From the NCBI GenBank assembly GCA_051294375.1, contig CM119271.1:5631991-5695990 (forward strand): DNA of 64,000 nt. The letters run 5' to 3'. Each line of letters begins with the position of its first letter. Positions within the stretch are counted from its first letter, which is position 1. Below the pieces are notes generated by a model. It did not search any database and was not told where the DNA came from. It worked only from the letters and a program-made list of their open reading frames with translations. Shown here piece by piece: positions 14,462-29,962 of this stretch. The position numbers and the translations under genes were made by a program. The DNA comes from Paraspadella gotoi (taxonomy: Eukaryota > Animalia > Chaetognatha).

Positions 14462-15790
14462 AACCATCACACGATTGTTCTTCACGACTCCGCATTTTAA
14501 CGATTTCTTTTCGTCATGTCAACCCACACGTCACAAAGCCACGCATATCAGCGCGTCGCAAAAAACAACTGACGATTGTTTCTCCCGGCAAATGTTAATT
14601 ACTTTAATTTCGATTAAAGGAATTTTTTGACAAACATCGGCCAAATGCCGGACGGGAACCGTTGCGCGTCCGGCAGATTGCGGGTTGTGCCTCCGAGCTG
14701 TCGAGCGTTAATGAGTCCTTGCCTCAAGCCGACGACGCGTCACGCCAGTTCGAAGCGAATAACGCACGTTAATTCCGTCTCTACTTTAGCCAATTTTCCT
14801 CGGGATATCACGAAATTCGGTCATATTTTTGGGGGGCGTCTTCGGCTCGGTCGACTCCCACTTTGCGCTTAGTGGGGTTGATAGAAGGGTTGGATATCTC
14901 GTGCCCTACATCTTTCACTTTTTTTTCAATTATCTCTGTTAAATGTCGCTCCTGTGTTTTAAGTCGAGAAATTGTAAACGAAATTTTAATCATGATCAAT
15001 TTTGAAAAATACGTGCATTTTAATATTATGAAAGCTAAATTTTTATTTTCAAATTTCACCGTGATGTTTGCTTAATAAGGCGTAGTGAAAGTTGCAGATC
15101 TCCTTTAAAATAACAGAATTCTCGCATATCTACTACCGTTTCTCAATTTTCAACCCTTTCTTTCGTCGAAATTAACTGATCGAGTTTTCCAACCTCCCAA
15201 CCTCCAATAGATCACGGATCACGAGGCCGAGAAATTCAGGACACCTGCCTGTCTTTGATTTAAGTTCCAACTATCTGTCAATTCACTTTTTGGTCACCGC
15301 CTCCTTCCGCAATGACGGTCCCTTTTCAATCATCGAAAACGAATGGAAACGAATAAAAAAAAAACATTTTAAAAGTAAAAAAGATTATAAAAAAAAAGCG
15401 CCTTCCCGAATAAAATGAAAAGAGACGAAAGGCTTTTCTGCGCCTGAAATTTAACAAGAACTTTTTTCTTCCGCGACCGGTTTTTGAATGAAAGGAATTT
15501 CAATGAGGGGAGCCTCTTTGTGCCCATAATTGTGGAGGAATTGCGATAAAGACTGAATTGTGAGTCGGCCTTACCCGAGTCGTGAGGGAAGCGGCGAATT
15601 GGAAAAAAAGGGGAGGCGGGAAACGGAAGGTAGGATTTGTGAGATTAGGAGTGAAGGGATCACAAAAGAAAAATAAGAGAGGCACCGGGAAGCCAGAGAG
15701 AAAGGTAGCGATGAATAAAGAATAAAATAAATAATTTTAGCCCAAAAAAAATATATTCACCGATCTAAATATTATTAATATTATTAATAT

Positions 15791-15975
15791 TACTCTGGGA
15801 GTGATTAAACGAAACTGTGAGAGAGTCTTGATTGAAAGCTTGCAGGGACCTGCTATGTCATTATCTTGTAAGAGGGATGGAGGCCTTAAACCACCAAAGC
15901 CTATCCAAAGTCAGGGGCAAGATAGCTTATTCATTAAACGAATGGACAATTTTTACATTGGTTGTACCAATTTGA
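15791..15975 (+). mobile_element. Copy of the 200-bp dispersed repeat
   Basis: Near-identical to about 39018-39203. Confidence 0.8.
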
Positions 15976-16574
15976 TAAAAAATATGGTTTATTACTTAAT
16001 AGATTGAAAAAGGAAAAATAAGGAAGATAAACAAAAGACCAAAGAACAGTAGAGGAGATCCGGCGAGAGAAGAGAGGGACAAAGAAAGGTAAGAAATCAT
16101 CGGTAGAAGAAAGAGGAAAGAAAAGAAGATGAAAACCCGGCAAAAAAAAAAGTTGATGGCGAAATGAAGGAAAGGAAAAAAAAAAGAGAGAGCAAAAATG
16201 AAAGGAAAGGAAAAGCGATAATGGTCGAGGGAGGCGAAAAGAGGCGAAGGGGGAGAGGGAAGGAAAGGAAGGGGGGAAAATTGGGGGGGGAGCGGAGCAG
16301 AGTGGGAGATTGAAAAAATGAGAGAGGAGAATTGGGGAGGAAAAGAATGCGAGGATGCGAGAAAAAGAAAGAATAAAGCGAGGAGAGGAAGTGAAAAAAA
16401 GGTGGAAAGGAGGAGAAAAGAAGGTGGAGGAAATAGAAAGAAAACTCCGCTGGAGAGAAGTGGAGGAAATGAGAATAAAAAAGATCGAGGGGAATGAAAA
16501 TAGAGAAAGAGAATGAGTGGAGGCGAATAGAAGGGGAAGCGATGATGAGAGGAAAGGAGGAAAAGTAAGACTAA

Positions 16575-16820
16575 GAGGAAAGGAGGCAAATATGTGACGA
16601 AAGGAGGCGAGGAAAGGAGGTGAAGATGCAAGGAAATGAGAAATGGATGTGAGGAAAGGAAGCGAAGATGCGAGAAAAGAAGACAAAGATGTGAGTAAAG
16701 GAAGTATTATACAAGGAAAAGAGGCAAAGTTGCGAGGAAAGGAATCGAGGAAAGGATGTGAAGATGCAAGGAAAGAATGTGAAGATGCAAGGAAAGGAGG
16801 CAAAGACTCGAGGAAAGGAG
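16575..16820. repeat. 21-bp purine-rich minisatellite (AGGAAAGGATGTGAAGATGCA-like)
   Basis: Repeated GAAGATGCAAGGAAAG units at the end of an 800-bp polypurine tract. Confidence 0.7.
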
Positions 16821-19459
16821 TGATAAATTCCACATTTCCAACTTGACCCACTTTTTCTTTCCAAGTTGGGAATTTTCTTTTCCGTCGTCGAAGGAGAAAC
16901 GTTTTATCAATTTCCTTCCTCCCAAATTTGACTCCGGAGGTTCAATGATGACGGGAAAAGGGAAAAAAAGGGGGGGGCGCGGGATTGGGTCGTCGTTGTT
17001 GTTGTTATCGTTACTTTCGTCGTTTAAAGCCCGTTAAAAAAAAAGGAGTTTTTAAAATTTTTTTAACGATTTTCTCTTTTTTAATTTAAAAAAAGTTTTC
17101 AATTTTTTTTTTATTTATTCCGTCTAATATTTTACGAATATAGTAGTGTATTGGAAAATTCATTTTAAATTAGCTCTAATTAAATCCAAATTAGTAGTGA
17201 GAAGAATAAAATTTTATGTTCTGTATTCAAAACTGCAATGCAATCTTTTTTTTATAAAAATAAATGACATCAACATGAATATTGCAAAGTTCTCAAATGG
17301 CCGATATAATTCAAATCAGTATTCTTGTTTGCGGCTCGATTAACTTTTATTTTCAAATGAAATCTTTTTTTTAACATTCAGAAATCTGCGATAGGCAAGA
17401 AACGCCCGATATTTCGTCAAACCGTTCGATATTCCGACGACTTCCTTTATCGGACTCTCTCTCTCTCTCTTTGTCTTTCTGTCTTTCTTTCTTTCTTTCT
17501 TTCTTTATATTTTTTTCTTTTATTCTTTTTTTTTCTTTCTGTCTATTTTTCTATTTTTCTTTCTTTTTTCACTTTTTCTGTCAATACTGTTTTTCTGTTA
17601 AAATACTGTGTATAAGACGTTCTTTTCGTTGTGTTGAAAATTAAGAATAAGGAAAACGTTTGTTATGGTTTTAACAACGACAAAGTTTATTAGAGATAAA
17701 CGGACATTTTTCGACTAAGTTGATAGTCTTATTCAGCGCAAAACAGACTGTTGTTTTTTAAATTAAAACGTAAAAACATCAAAATAAAATATTATTTTTA
17801 AATTAATTTTGTTATCCATATTTTTTTTTCAAAACTTAATAAAACCTGTTCCAAACGGAAGACGAATCGTTGACAAAATGAACGTTGACTGGAGTTATAT
17901 CTACTTATAACTACTTCCCTCTTTCTCATGGACAATATCAACTTTTATTCTTCACCTTCATTGTTTTTTTTTTATTTTCCTTCCTTTCCCCTGCTTCTTT
18001 TTCTCCCCCTCTTTTTCCCCTCTACCCACATTCCCCCTTCTTCCCTTCCTTTTTCTCTCTTCCCTTCCTCCTCTCGTCCCTCCTTTCCCCACTTCCCCTC
18101 TTCTTTTCTCTTCGATGACCGATTATTACTTTGAAGAGGATTTTTTATTCGCCGTCTGTTTGGCGGGCGGAAAAAAAAAAGGCGAGAGCTTGTTGGCGCT
18201 TGGTTTAGTGGTTCAAGTAGTTTGGCGGGTTGAACGCTTTTTAATACAGTAGTCAAAAAATGGAAAATATGAAAAAAAAAATTAAACAAATAAAACACAA
18301 AGGCAAAGAAGGCGCAAGTTTGGTTCGTACGTTGTCGTCGTCATGTTTTTTTTGTTTTTTTTTCTACAGGTGTCGTTAATGCTCTTCTTACGAGTCTGTC
18401 GCTGAAGGCCGTTTGTTTCAATCGATTTTTGTGAGAGTTGCTGTGCTCCAAGCCAAGGGAAAAAAATGATCTGTGATTTTTCATCCTTATGTATTTTTTA
18501 CTAAATCCTTTTTGTTTTTCACTTTTGCAGCAATGATTACTTTTATATTACAAGTTTACAATAGCATTGGATATTCTACTATTTTACTTAGTGTATAAAG
18601 GGTATCTATTTCTATCTGGGCCTTTTGTTTTTCTAGCAGCCTCAATCCCACCCTCATTTGCATAATTTTTTTTATTATTACTGATTGACACGAAAATGAA
18701 ACCAAACGAGTTGCTTTCCGCGACTGCATATTCCGATTTGTACTTCCAATGACATTATTTTCTATTCCTCGCGCGAAAAGTGTCGCCGGCCGCCGCCAGG
18801 TGTTGGTTCCTTCCTTTGTGGACCGAGAAGAGAAATGTGGACGTGAACCATCGAGTGGAAGAATGGCCTGGAAGTTTGAGGGGGAAGAGTAATTGGGGTA
18901 TGGTGAGATTATAATACGGTTGTGTGTTAAGCTAACTTACCCGAAAGTAGCAGTCTTGCATGTAGAAACTGCCAAAGATGATTACAAAAAAATACAGTGT
19001 GTCCCAATGGTACTGTCCGTTGACTTTTACATATCTAATATAAGTAATTTAACTTTTATTAGTACTGTACATTGGGAAAATCGCTTAAATAGTTTACAGT
19101 TAGGGCAGTGGAGGTGAACGAGATAAACACAAGGATTGCCCATCGTGTTAAGCGATAAAATATAAATTTAATATTCACGCTTCGTGTAAAAATTGACGCT
19201 AAGATGACGGAGGAAGGAGGTAAAAGCAAAAAACAACAAATAGTTGAGGTGAATGACAAATTTTAGGCTTCAACATAATTTCCGTTGTCCAAAGGGAGAG
19301 GGATTGGGCGAGCGGATTTTTAAGGTATACCCTGGATGACAAATTGAAGAGAGAGCAGGCGTTCAAAGGGTCCTGAGCCCAAAGTCAACGGAGACTCCAA
19401 GTTATAGATGAGACCCTACCTTCGGTCAGGATCAACATCAGATGTAAATCTCCCTCCAG

Positions 19460-19498
<39 letters not shown>

Positions 19499-20332
19499 CT
19501 CTCTCTCTCTCCCTCCTCTTTATCATATTTCGCTTCTTGCACTTTGAAAGACAAATTTCCGATTCGCGCCGAAAGATTTTGCGGCAAAAGTCGAATTTGA
19601 ATAATCGATGAGACGTCAAAGAAAAAAAAAACATGTAAAGCAACAAGATTTCAGCGACTATATCTTTCTTTACCGCCCGCTTTTCTCTATTATTTATTAT
19701 TCATTATTTTTAACCGGATCTGTTTATCTCAGATTTCCAGCTCTGTAATCCACTTTGTCGGTCTGTCGGTCGCTCCCCATGATTTGGTAGCTCAGTCACT
19801 TAAATCATCTTCGAACATCGAGGGAAAAAAATGCAAAAAAAAATTGATGTTCTTCTTCGATTCTTCCGTATGTAAGAATGTATGGATAGATTAAGCAAGA
19901 ATTTTGTGCGTGGGCGTAGGTATTGTAATTTGTATTGTATTTTATTGTAATTGTAATTCTAAGCTTATTCATTCATTCCTTTGTCAATCAACTCTTTCAT
20001 TTATATCTATATTAAATTATTAATGGTACGTGTTGGCAGACCAACCAATAAAGTTGGCCCACGAGATCGAGAAAATTCTCGCTCTGGTTTGTTTTGTTTT
20101 TTTGCGCCAATCGTTGTTGTTGTTTTTGTTCTTGTTGTTGTTGTTCTCGTCATTATCAGAGCGAGTTACTCAAGTGAAAGAAAGAAAAAATGAATAAAAT
20201 TAGCAAAGAAACAAAGTAACAATTGCAAAAAAGGATTGAAAAGAAAGAAAGAAAGTAAGAAAGAAAAAAAGAACGAAAGAAAGAAAGAAAGAAAGAAAGA
20301 AAGACAGAAAGAAGGAAAGACAGAAAGAAGGA

Positions 20333-20372
<40 letters not shown>

Positions 20373-20377
20373 CAGAC

Positions 20378-20435
<58 letters not shown>

Positions 20436-21079
20436 CCGACTCTAGAAAAGGCGCCCGATATTTGAGAGGAAACGAGATTCGCCTCCGGGAGTCAGAATCG
20501 TGAGACGATGAGACTTCACCCCGCGGTGAGTTGGAAGGGAGATGACGGTGGTAGGCGTGACTGTGAATGGTGAGAATCTCAGATCACCTTTCTTTAAAGA
20601 TTTGGGTTGCGGGTCTGAAGGGCCGAAGGGATGTCGGAAAGACATCTGCCACGAATAACCTATATAGAAAACTAGAATTTTTAACCAAAAAAAAAAAAGA
20701 AAATTAATTTTAAAGAAATATAAACGTCGAGAATAGCAAATACCTGTTGGGAAGGCAAAGGGTTGAAAAGCGCATGGGTGGGGGGGGGAGGTAAGGAAGG
20801 AAAGCCTCCCTTCTCGGGTCAAAGGTCAACGGTGCAGATTGAAAATCGAGAAAACTCACGGAAAAAAACCTCTTTTCGCCGTGGGATTTCTAGATTCTCG
20901 ATGTTTTTGTGATAAATAGATAAATTGGTTGGTTGTACCAATTTCATAAATAAATGAGTAAATAAATATAAGTGAATAAAAAGATAATCAATCAATCAAT
21001 CAAGAAATAAAAAAATAAGTAAATAAATAAATAAATTAGTAAATAAATAAATAAATGAATGATTAAGTGAATAAATAAG

Positions 21080-21114
<35 letters not shown>

Positions 21115-21934
21115 AAAAAGATAATTAAATCAATCTCTACTCGTTACATAAATTCCCCCCTTTCCTGGCAAAATAAATACCAATGAAAATCAATTTAGGT
21201 AAAAAAAGTAAAAAAAAAAATTATAATAATAATTAAAGGGGAAAAGAAAAGTAAAAGAAAAGAATAAAGGAGAAAAAAAAAGGAAAGAAAATTGGGAGAA
21301 CAAGTCTCGATTTCGGGGCGATGGGAGAAATCGAAATCGCTGGAGGGAGAAACGCCCACCTGTGTCGTCGTTAAATGATCTCGGCGATAATGACGATTTC
21401 GCACGACAGATGTCACCGAAGTGGCCTCGACAGATGCAGACGAATTCGCCTCGACAGATGCCGACGAATCCCTACGGATAATTGCCGGTATATCTGACAT
21501 GCTTCCAAGCCAAAGAAAAAAAAATAACTTGCTATAAAAAAATTTTTTTACTATATTTATTCAAATATTAAAAAAAATGAATAACTTATATCTTATAACT
21601 TTAAAGCGTTTTCTAAAGGTTACGGACAATAATACAGATAAGAAAATTCCGTTACTTTAGAGAAAGGAATCACGCATCTGGGTAATGGCAAATAGACAAA
21701 ATGGGTGGCGGTCGACTCGGTTATCTCAGTTGTGAACTACACCGATTTCAAATGGGAGTCAAATGAAAGGATCAAATACTGTGGCTAAAAAATCTGTTAT
21801 AGCAACTTCAGATTTTGCACTCTGGTAGAAAAATCGCTGACATTTTTTATTTTCCAACTCCCAGTAAGCCAGCTTGCTTACTTTCTTAGTTATGTGCTCA
21901 TCAATGGCATTTAATGATGTTTAGACCTTAATAT

Positions 21935-22133
21935 ATGAAATTGGTACAACAAATATAAAAATTATCCATCCATTCATTTAAAAAATAAACTATCTTGCCC
22001 CTGACTTAGGAGAGTCTTTGGTGGTTTTAGGCCTCAATTACTCTTACAAGATAATGACATAGCAGGTCCCTGCAAGTTTCTCAATCAAGACTTCTCTCAC
22101 AGTCAAGTTTATTCACTCCCAGAGTACCCGGCT
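21935..22133 (-). mobile_element. Inverted copy of the 200-bp dispersed repeat
   Basis: ATGAAATTGGTACAAC...CTATCTTGCCCCTGACT...AGCAGGTCCCTGCAAG...ATTCACTCCCAGAGTACC is the reverse complement of the family. Confidence 0.8.
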
Positions 22134-23494
22134 TCTCTCTCAATTAATTGCCATAATTATTTAAAGAATGTTGTATGAAAAGAACATAATACTTATTCAA
22201 TGGTACTCAAAAAAAAAACGGTTGCCTTCCGGTGTGGTCTATTCAAGTTTTTAATAACTTATTGATGAAGTATTAACCCATTATGAGAATTTCTAACGTA
22301 AGTGGACAGACAGAACACAGACAAACATCACGACCGACCGACCGACCGACCGACCAACCGAAAAGTGACTTATTGACTCCTCGCGTCGGAACTAAAAACT
22401 ACCCGATTCTATAGATCTATCCCTCAAATTTCCTCGATACCCAAAGCCGATGAAGCCATCGATTCAGATTTTCCTATTCCGCGTCTCCTCGCGTCCTTTG
22501 CTCGAGCGATGATGCCACCGTGCCTTGAGATGAATCGCGAATAAGCGTCGCATCTTGGAAGTCAGAACCTGAGAGCTTAAAATTGGGAGATCGGCAGCCA
22601 GAAGGCTGGAAACTGGAAACCGAAAATTCTACTAAATCTCGGAAAGAAAACGGTAAGAAATATAGATGTCGAAGATAAAGTTAAAAGCTGAAAACAGGAA
22701 GGCAGATATTTAAATGCTGCCTTCCCTAATATTATTTGTTTTCATTTGTTTGAGTCTTTCTTAATTTCCAGAAGAAATTGCTCTATAAAACCATAATGGA
22801 ATGATAATCCTTGAAATTAATTTTGGATTGTGACCCACCGCGGAATGGGGGGAAGATCGTTGTTATCTCTCTCTTGATATGTCCATTGGGTACAATTATT
22901 ATTAACATACAAATCCATTTATTTTATTATTCAAATATTAAAAAAATGAATAACTTTAGAGCGTCTTCTAAAGGCTAAGGACAATAATACAGATAGGAAA
23001 ATTTTAAATTTTCTCAATTTTAGTAAACTTGTAAACTGTAAACTTGGGAAGATAAGGAAATATGTAGATTTGGGACAAAGGCCAAATTTAACCAAAATTT
23101 AAAATTTATAAAGAGAAATGAAAAGTTGAAACGGTAAGATTTTATGAAACAAAAAAAGCAAGAACATGAAAAGCGGAAGTCAAGAAAATTGAGAACCCGG
23201 AAATGTAAAAAAAAAAAAAATTTGGAAACCGAAAGGAGGAAAAGAATAAAATTGAAACCGGATGTTGAAAACCGGATGTTGAGAAGAGGATCAAGTCTTG
23301 GAGGTGAGAGAGAAACGCTTACTACATGAGGAATGAGGAAAGAGAGACGGAGAAGGAGATAAGAAGGGGGAGAGAGAGAGAGAGAGTGAGAGAAGGGTGC
23401 AGGAAAAGAGAGGAGAGAATCAAAATTTATAAAGGGATAGAATAAAGAGAGGGGAATGAATTTTTAGTATGAGATGTTGGTACAGAGTTGAGAA

Positions 23495-23553
<59 letters not shown>

Positions 23554-25137
23554 CATTATGCAGCAAGAGCGCGAATGGAATATGACGGAGACGACGAGGC
23601 CGAAGAGGAACGAAGAGGATGACCCACAGACGAAGGAGTTTAATTCCGAGAGGGAGGAAGGGAGGAAAGGAGGAGAAGTGGGAAGGAAAGAGGAGGAACG
23701 AGATGAAGTAGGGGAGCGATGAAGAAGCAAAGGGAAGGAGGGAGAGAAGTAAGGGAGGAAGGGAGAGAGGAAAAGGGGAGAGAGGAGAACAGATAAACGA
23801 AATGAAAGTGAGGCTGAGAATGACCTTCAAGTGAGAAGGAAGAAAATAGAGGATGTGGGTATAAATTTTGGGTGAAGTAAAAGGAGAATGATCCCGGAAA
23901 AAATGGATGTATGTTGTATAATCCTGCGGAGAAAATGACTAGAAATTACTTAAGAATGTTCTCTAGCCCGGTGGATGAGTTTAACTTACAAAAAAAAAAA
24001 CAACCACAAAATATATATTGGAGAAAAGAAAGAAAATTACTAAAAAAAAACGTAAATGAAAAGAAAAATGAAATTAAAAAGAAACTGAAGAGACTTACTT
24101 GGCGAAAATATTTGGAATTATTGAGACAAGTTTCACGTATCTTTTGAGAGAAATATAATGATTCGAAAAATCATCAAACAGTTATAAACAGAGACAAAAC
24201 AAAGGAAAAACTATTCACGGTGAGAGAAAACAATAATAAAAGAGTTCAGTTGTGTGGGTCAAATAAGTTGGCCCACGGAACGGTCAAGTGGTGAGTTTGA
24301 AATTGGCGATATTCGCTCATTGTCGTCGTCGTCGTCGTTGTTGTTGTTGTTGTAGTTGTTATGTTCAATTAGGCAGCTACAAAACGACATTAAAAAAAAA
24401 AAACAGAAAAACAAAACGAGACTTGAAATTCTTTTTTTTGTTTTTTAAGTTTTCACGGAGAGAAAAAAAAATCGAGCGAGGACCGTGAATGGAATTGAAA
24501 ATCGGGGAAATATCGGAAAATTGGGTCGTCAATCTAAAAAGTCGCGAGATTTTATTCACCAGGATTCGATTGTATTGCGATTTGGTGGGAAAAATTTTGA
24601 TGGTAATCCGATTCCATTTTCAGTTGCAATTGGGCATTAAATTGCGGTGACCAATTCGCGCGTTTAACTTTCATTGATATTTTCTCTTCAGAAACGAAAT
24701 CTGAAACAATTATCGAGTGAACGATTTTTTAAGAATCATTGCTAGATTTTAGTATTACAAATATTGTATTTTAACGTGTTTTTGGCCTTGTGCCTTTCTT
24801 TGTTTGTTTTTAAATCAATTGCTGACCATTCTACTTTTTATTATAAAAAAAATTTTTAAAAAAAAGTTGTTAAAGAAGAAAAAACTATCATTTAATTTAA
24901 GTATCATTATAACTTTTAGAATTAAATTTAATATTATTATTATTAATTTAATTATTATTAAAGATACTGGAAGAGACATCTACAGGCAGCGAAAGCCAAC
25001 TGCGGGCACAAAGGCAAAGACGCATTATCTTCGTCCGATATTCGGTTATCTCCATTTGTAACAATTTATCCGCCATCATTAAGACTTTCTTAAGAGGATG
25101 GGGAGAAGGAGGAGAAGGAAGAAGAGGAGAAGAACGA

Positions 25138-25190
<53 letters not shown>

Positions 25191-25317
25191 CCCGACATTA
25201 GCTGAAAAACTGAGTTGGAGAAAAAACCATAAACATTCCTCAGCCAGAAATTGTAATCGCCTCCGAATAGATAAAGAGAGAAAGAAGCAGAATAACTGAT
25301 TCTGTTAGCGTCTCTCC

Positions 25318-25355
<38 letters not shown>

Positions 25356-25971
25356 ATTTTTTTATCTTTCTCTCACTCTTTCTTAACGTCCTATTATATT
25401 AAGACTTTCTCTCAATCTTTCCCTCACTGTCGGATCGACAGTGTAACTGTAAACAGTTCTCCCTTGTTCGCTTTTTCTCAAATCTCACGAAGCCCAAAAA
25501 CCAAAAATGACAAAGTTTTAATTACATTACAACAACAATTGATGAGCAGAGGAAAATAATCGCAATTTTAAGCTAAGGCCCCTTTTTTTTATATCGTCGG
25601 CCCGATGTCGACCGTGCTGAGATGCCCCGCCCCCAGTAGCCATTAACATCAAAATTATAGACAGACTAAATTAACTTAGATCTTAGTACTATTATTCGCC
25701 GTAACTATTTTCATTATAACGGCCACTACAGTTTTCCTCACGAAATTCTACGTTGGTCGTAGTAATTCATTAGTTTTATACGACCGGCGCAATATTTCTT
25801 TTTTTTTATTCGAGCCCCCCTTGTGAGCGTTGTTTATCGGTTGCCATGGAAATCGTTGCGGCGTTCTCATAAATTCCGGCGCGTCGTTAGGGCGGATAGC
25901 ATATTTAGACGCCGTTAAATACGCGCGGCCATTCCGGATCGAATAAATTTAGAGGATTTGACATTGGACAG

Positions 25972-26394
25972 TAAGGCGGGCCAAAATTGTTCGCTTTATA
26001 TCATTAGGAGTTCTGTAATATAAAATTCATTTGTCCATCATATACTTGATCAATATTTACTATCACTTTTTAAACGAGAGAAGCACAGTATAACATTGAA
26101 GCATTTAAATCTGTATCAATGCATACTATGCATAGTCAATATTTTTTTTTCAAAGAACGGATTCAGATAGCCCATAAAAAGTTATCAACACAAAGAATAT
26201 TTCGTTTTTCATTATTTCGATGATAAGTGGGCTAAATAATGAAAAACCCTTAAAAATCATCATCATCATCTTAATTCTTATCATAATTTTTATAGTTTTT
26301 GTTAATTTTAACCGATAAAACATAAACATTCAGAACATCGAATTATGATAAATTATGCCAAAAAAAACGATGTCCATCCGTCCGTCTGTCCTCC

Positions 26395-26425
<31 letters not shown>

Positions 26426-27251
26426 CGTCCGTCCGTCCGTCCGTCCCACTTTAGCAAAAAACACCAATTACTCGTGATTGGTTGGATGGATTAGAATAAA
26501 ATTGTGTGTGTGTATGAAAGTGTGTGATTGAGCTGGATATGAAGTTTCGAGTGGAAATGAGTTTAAATGGAAAAACAAAAAAAAATATTTCACTATTTGA
26601 ACACCAAATACTCATGAGTGGATGGGGCGATTGACTTGAAATTTTGTATTGGGTAGAAAAGTGTGTGATTAAATTGGAAATCAAGTTTCGATGGAATCGT
26701 TTAAATTGAAAAAACAAAGAACCTGTTTCACTAATTGATTATGCTTCTTTTTTTTATATTTTAAATGTAAATGCAAGATGTATTAAATTAATCAAATAAA
26801 TAATCAGTTAATTAATCAATTAGTCAATTAATTAATCAATAATTAATTAATCAGTCAATTAATCAATCAAAACAAAAATTTCGGATCAAATTGCCTAATT
26901 AATTAAATAATTAACTTGAATAAATTAAAAATTAATTAAATAATTAATTAACATTAATTAATGAATTATTAATTAATTATTTATTAATTAATTATTAATT
27001 AATTAAAGTTTACTAATTAATTACCGATAATGATCGTGGGCAGATCCGACATTGTTTTCTCAAACTTGCTTATTTATTTTTTTATGCTCTACCAGAATCC
27101 TTTTTTAAAAATTCTGAATTGGAAAACATTTTTCATGATTTATAGTAATATGATAATCTTTAAATTCTTCTATGTTATTAACTAAAAACATAAAATCTTA
27201 AATTTTTTTTATTTCGTTATCCTCTCTTTGCTTTTACCTTGTTCCGCCTTA
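25972..27251. mobile_element. hAT-type non-autonomous element with nested insertion
   Basis: Ends TAAGGCGGGCC ... GTTCCGCCTTA with flanking 8-mers TTGGACAG / ATGGACAG (7/8 identical TSD). Contains a nested (CCGT/CTGT)n-bearing repeat at about 26330-26760. Confidence 0.78.
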
Positions 27252-27274
27252 ATGGACAGTACTTTGTTTTCATA

Positions 27275-27351
<77 letters not shown>

Positions 27352-27520
27352 GAGCCTAATAAAAAGAATTCATCGATGAATTAATTATGTTAAACGTTGA
27401 CCTCAAGTAGAAATGGCGGTGAGCACCTTTCTTAAAATTTTGAATTAAAAATGTCGACAAACCGGTAAATCGGCATACAGTGAGATTGAAACGCCGCCGA
27501 GCACCCCGAGACGACCTTGA

Positions 27521-27577
<57 letters not shown>

Positions 27578-27708
27578 CCCGGACATTAGCTGAAAAACTG
27601 AGTTGGAGAAAAAACCATAAACATTCCTCAGCCAGAAATTGTAATCGCCTCCGAATAGATAAAGAGAGAAAGAAGCAGAAAAAGCTAGATTTCTGTTAGC
27701 GTCTCTCC

Positions 27709-27748
<40 letters not shown>

Positions 27749-28367
27749 ATTTTTTTTATCTTTCTCTCACTCTTTCTTAACGTCCTATTATATTAAGACT
27801 TTCTCTCAATCTTTCCCTCACTGTCGGATCGACAGTGTAACTGTAAACAGTTCTCCCTTGTTCGCTTTTTCTCAAATCTCACGAAGCCCAAAAACCAAAA
27901 ATGACAAAGTTTTAATTACATTACAACAACAATTGATGAGCAGAGGAAAATAATCGCAATTTTAAGCTAAGGCCCCTTTTTTTTATATCGTCGGCCCGAT
28001 GTCGACCGTGCTGAGATGCCCCGCCCCCAGTAGCCATTAACATCAAAATTATAGACAGACTAAATTAACTTAGATCTTAGATACTATTATTCGCCGTAAC
28101 TATTTTCATTATAACGGCCACTACAGTTTTCCTCACGAAATTCTACGTTGGTCGTAGTAATTCATTAGTTTTATACGACCGGCGCAATATTTCTTTTTTT
28201 TTTATTCGAGCCCCCCTTGTGAGCGTTGTTTATCGGTTGCCATGGAAATCGTTGCGGCGTTCTCATAAATTCCGGCGCGTCGTTAGGGCGGATAGCATAT
28301 TTAGACGCCGTTAAATACGCGCGGCCATTCCGGATCGAATAAATTTAGAGGATTTGACATTGGACAG

Positions 28368-28790
28368 TAAGGCGGGCCAAAATTGTTCGCTTTATATCAT
28401 TAGGAGTTCTGTAATATAAAATTCATTTGTCCATCATATACTTGATCAATATTTACTATCACTTTTTAAACGAGAGAAGCACAGTATAACATTGAAGCAT
28501 TTAAATCTGTATCAATGCATACTATGCATAGTCAATATTTTTTTTTCAAAGAACGGATTCAGATAGCCCATAAAAAGTTATCAACACAAAGAATATTTCG
28601 TTTTTCATTATTTCGATGATAAGTGGGCTAAATAATGAAAAACCCTTAAAAATCATCATCATCATCTTAATTCTTATCATAATTTTTATAGTTTTTGTTA
28701 ATTTTAACCGATAAAACATAAACATTCAGAACATCGAATTATGATAAATTATGCCAAAAAAAACGATGTCCATCCGTCCGTCTGTCCTCC

Positions 28791-28821
<31 letters not shown>

Positions 28822-29700
28822 CGTCCGTCCGTCCGTCCGTCCCACTTTAGCAAAAAACACCAATTACTCGTGATTGGTTGGATGGATTAGAATAAAATTG
28901 TGTGTGTGTATGAAAGTGTGTGATTGAGCTGGATATGAAGTTTCGAGTGGAAATGAGTTTAAATGGAAAAAACAAAAAAAAATATTTCACTATTTGAACA
29001 CCAAATACTCATGAGTGGATGGGGCGATTGACTTGAAATTTTGTATTTGGGTAGAAAAGTGTGTGATTAAATTGGAAATCAAGTTTCGATGGAATCGTTT
29101 AAATTGAAAAAACAAAGAACCTGTTTCACTAATTGACTTATTGCTTCTTTTTTTATATTTTAAATGTAAATGCAAGATGTATTAAATTAATCAAATAAAT
29201 AATCAGTTAATTAATCAATTAGTCAATTATAATATAATTAAAACATCCTCACAGACAAAACCTTCTAACATTTACATCAGTACAAAGTTAATCAATGCAA
29301 AACGAAACAATTTCCCGGATCGCTCACAATTGCACACTAACTTAATAAACTAATTAACTTTGAATGACAAATTCAAAAATTAATTAAATAATTAATTAAC
29401 ATTAATTAATGAATTATTAATTAATTATTTATTAATTAATTATTAATTAATTAAAGTTTACTAATTAATTACCGATAATGATCGTGGGCAGATCCGACAT
29501 TGTTTTCTCAAACTTGCTTATTTATTTTTTTATGCTCTACCAGAATCCTTTTTTAAAAATTCTGAATTGGAAAACATTTTTCATGATTTATAGTAATATG
29601 ATAATCTTTAAATTCTTCTATGTTATTAACTAAAAACATAAAATCTTAAATTTTTTTTTATTTCGTTATCCTCTCTTTGCTTTTACCTTGTTCCGCCTTA
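28368..29700. mobile_element. Duplicate of the hAT-type element within the tandem duplication
   Basis: Same TIRs and same TTGGACAG/ATGGACAG flanks as 25972-27251. Confidence 0.75.
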
Positions 29701-29723
29701 ATGGACAGTACTTTGTTTTCATA

Positions 29724-29792
<69 letters not shown>

Positions 29793-29962
29793 CGAGCCTA
29801 ATAAAAAGAATTCATCGATGAATTAATTATGTTAAACGTTGACCTCAAGTAGAAATGGCGGTGAGCACCTTTCTTAAAATTTTGAATTAAAAATGTCGAC
29901 AAACCGGTAAATCGGCATACAGTGAGATTGAAACGCCGCCGAGCACCCCGAGACGACCTTGA

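Noticed and set aside
15934-16851. 305-aa minus-strand ORF
   Set aside because: Reverse of a polypurine tract; F/S/L/P composition only, with no stop codons expected.
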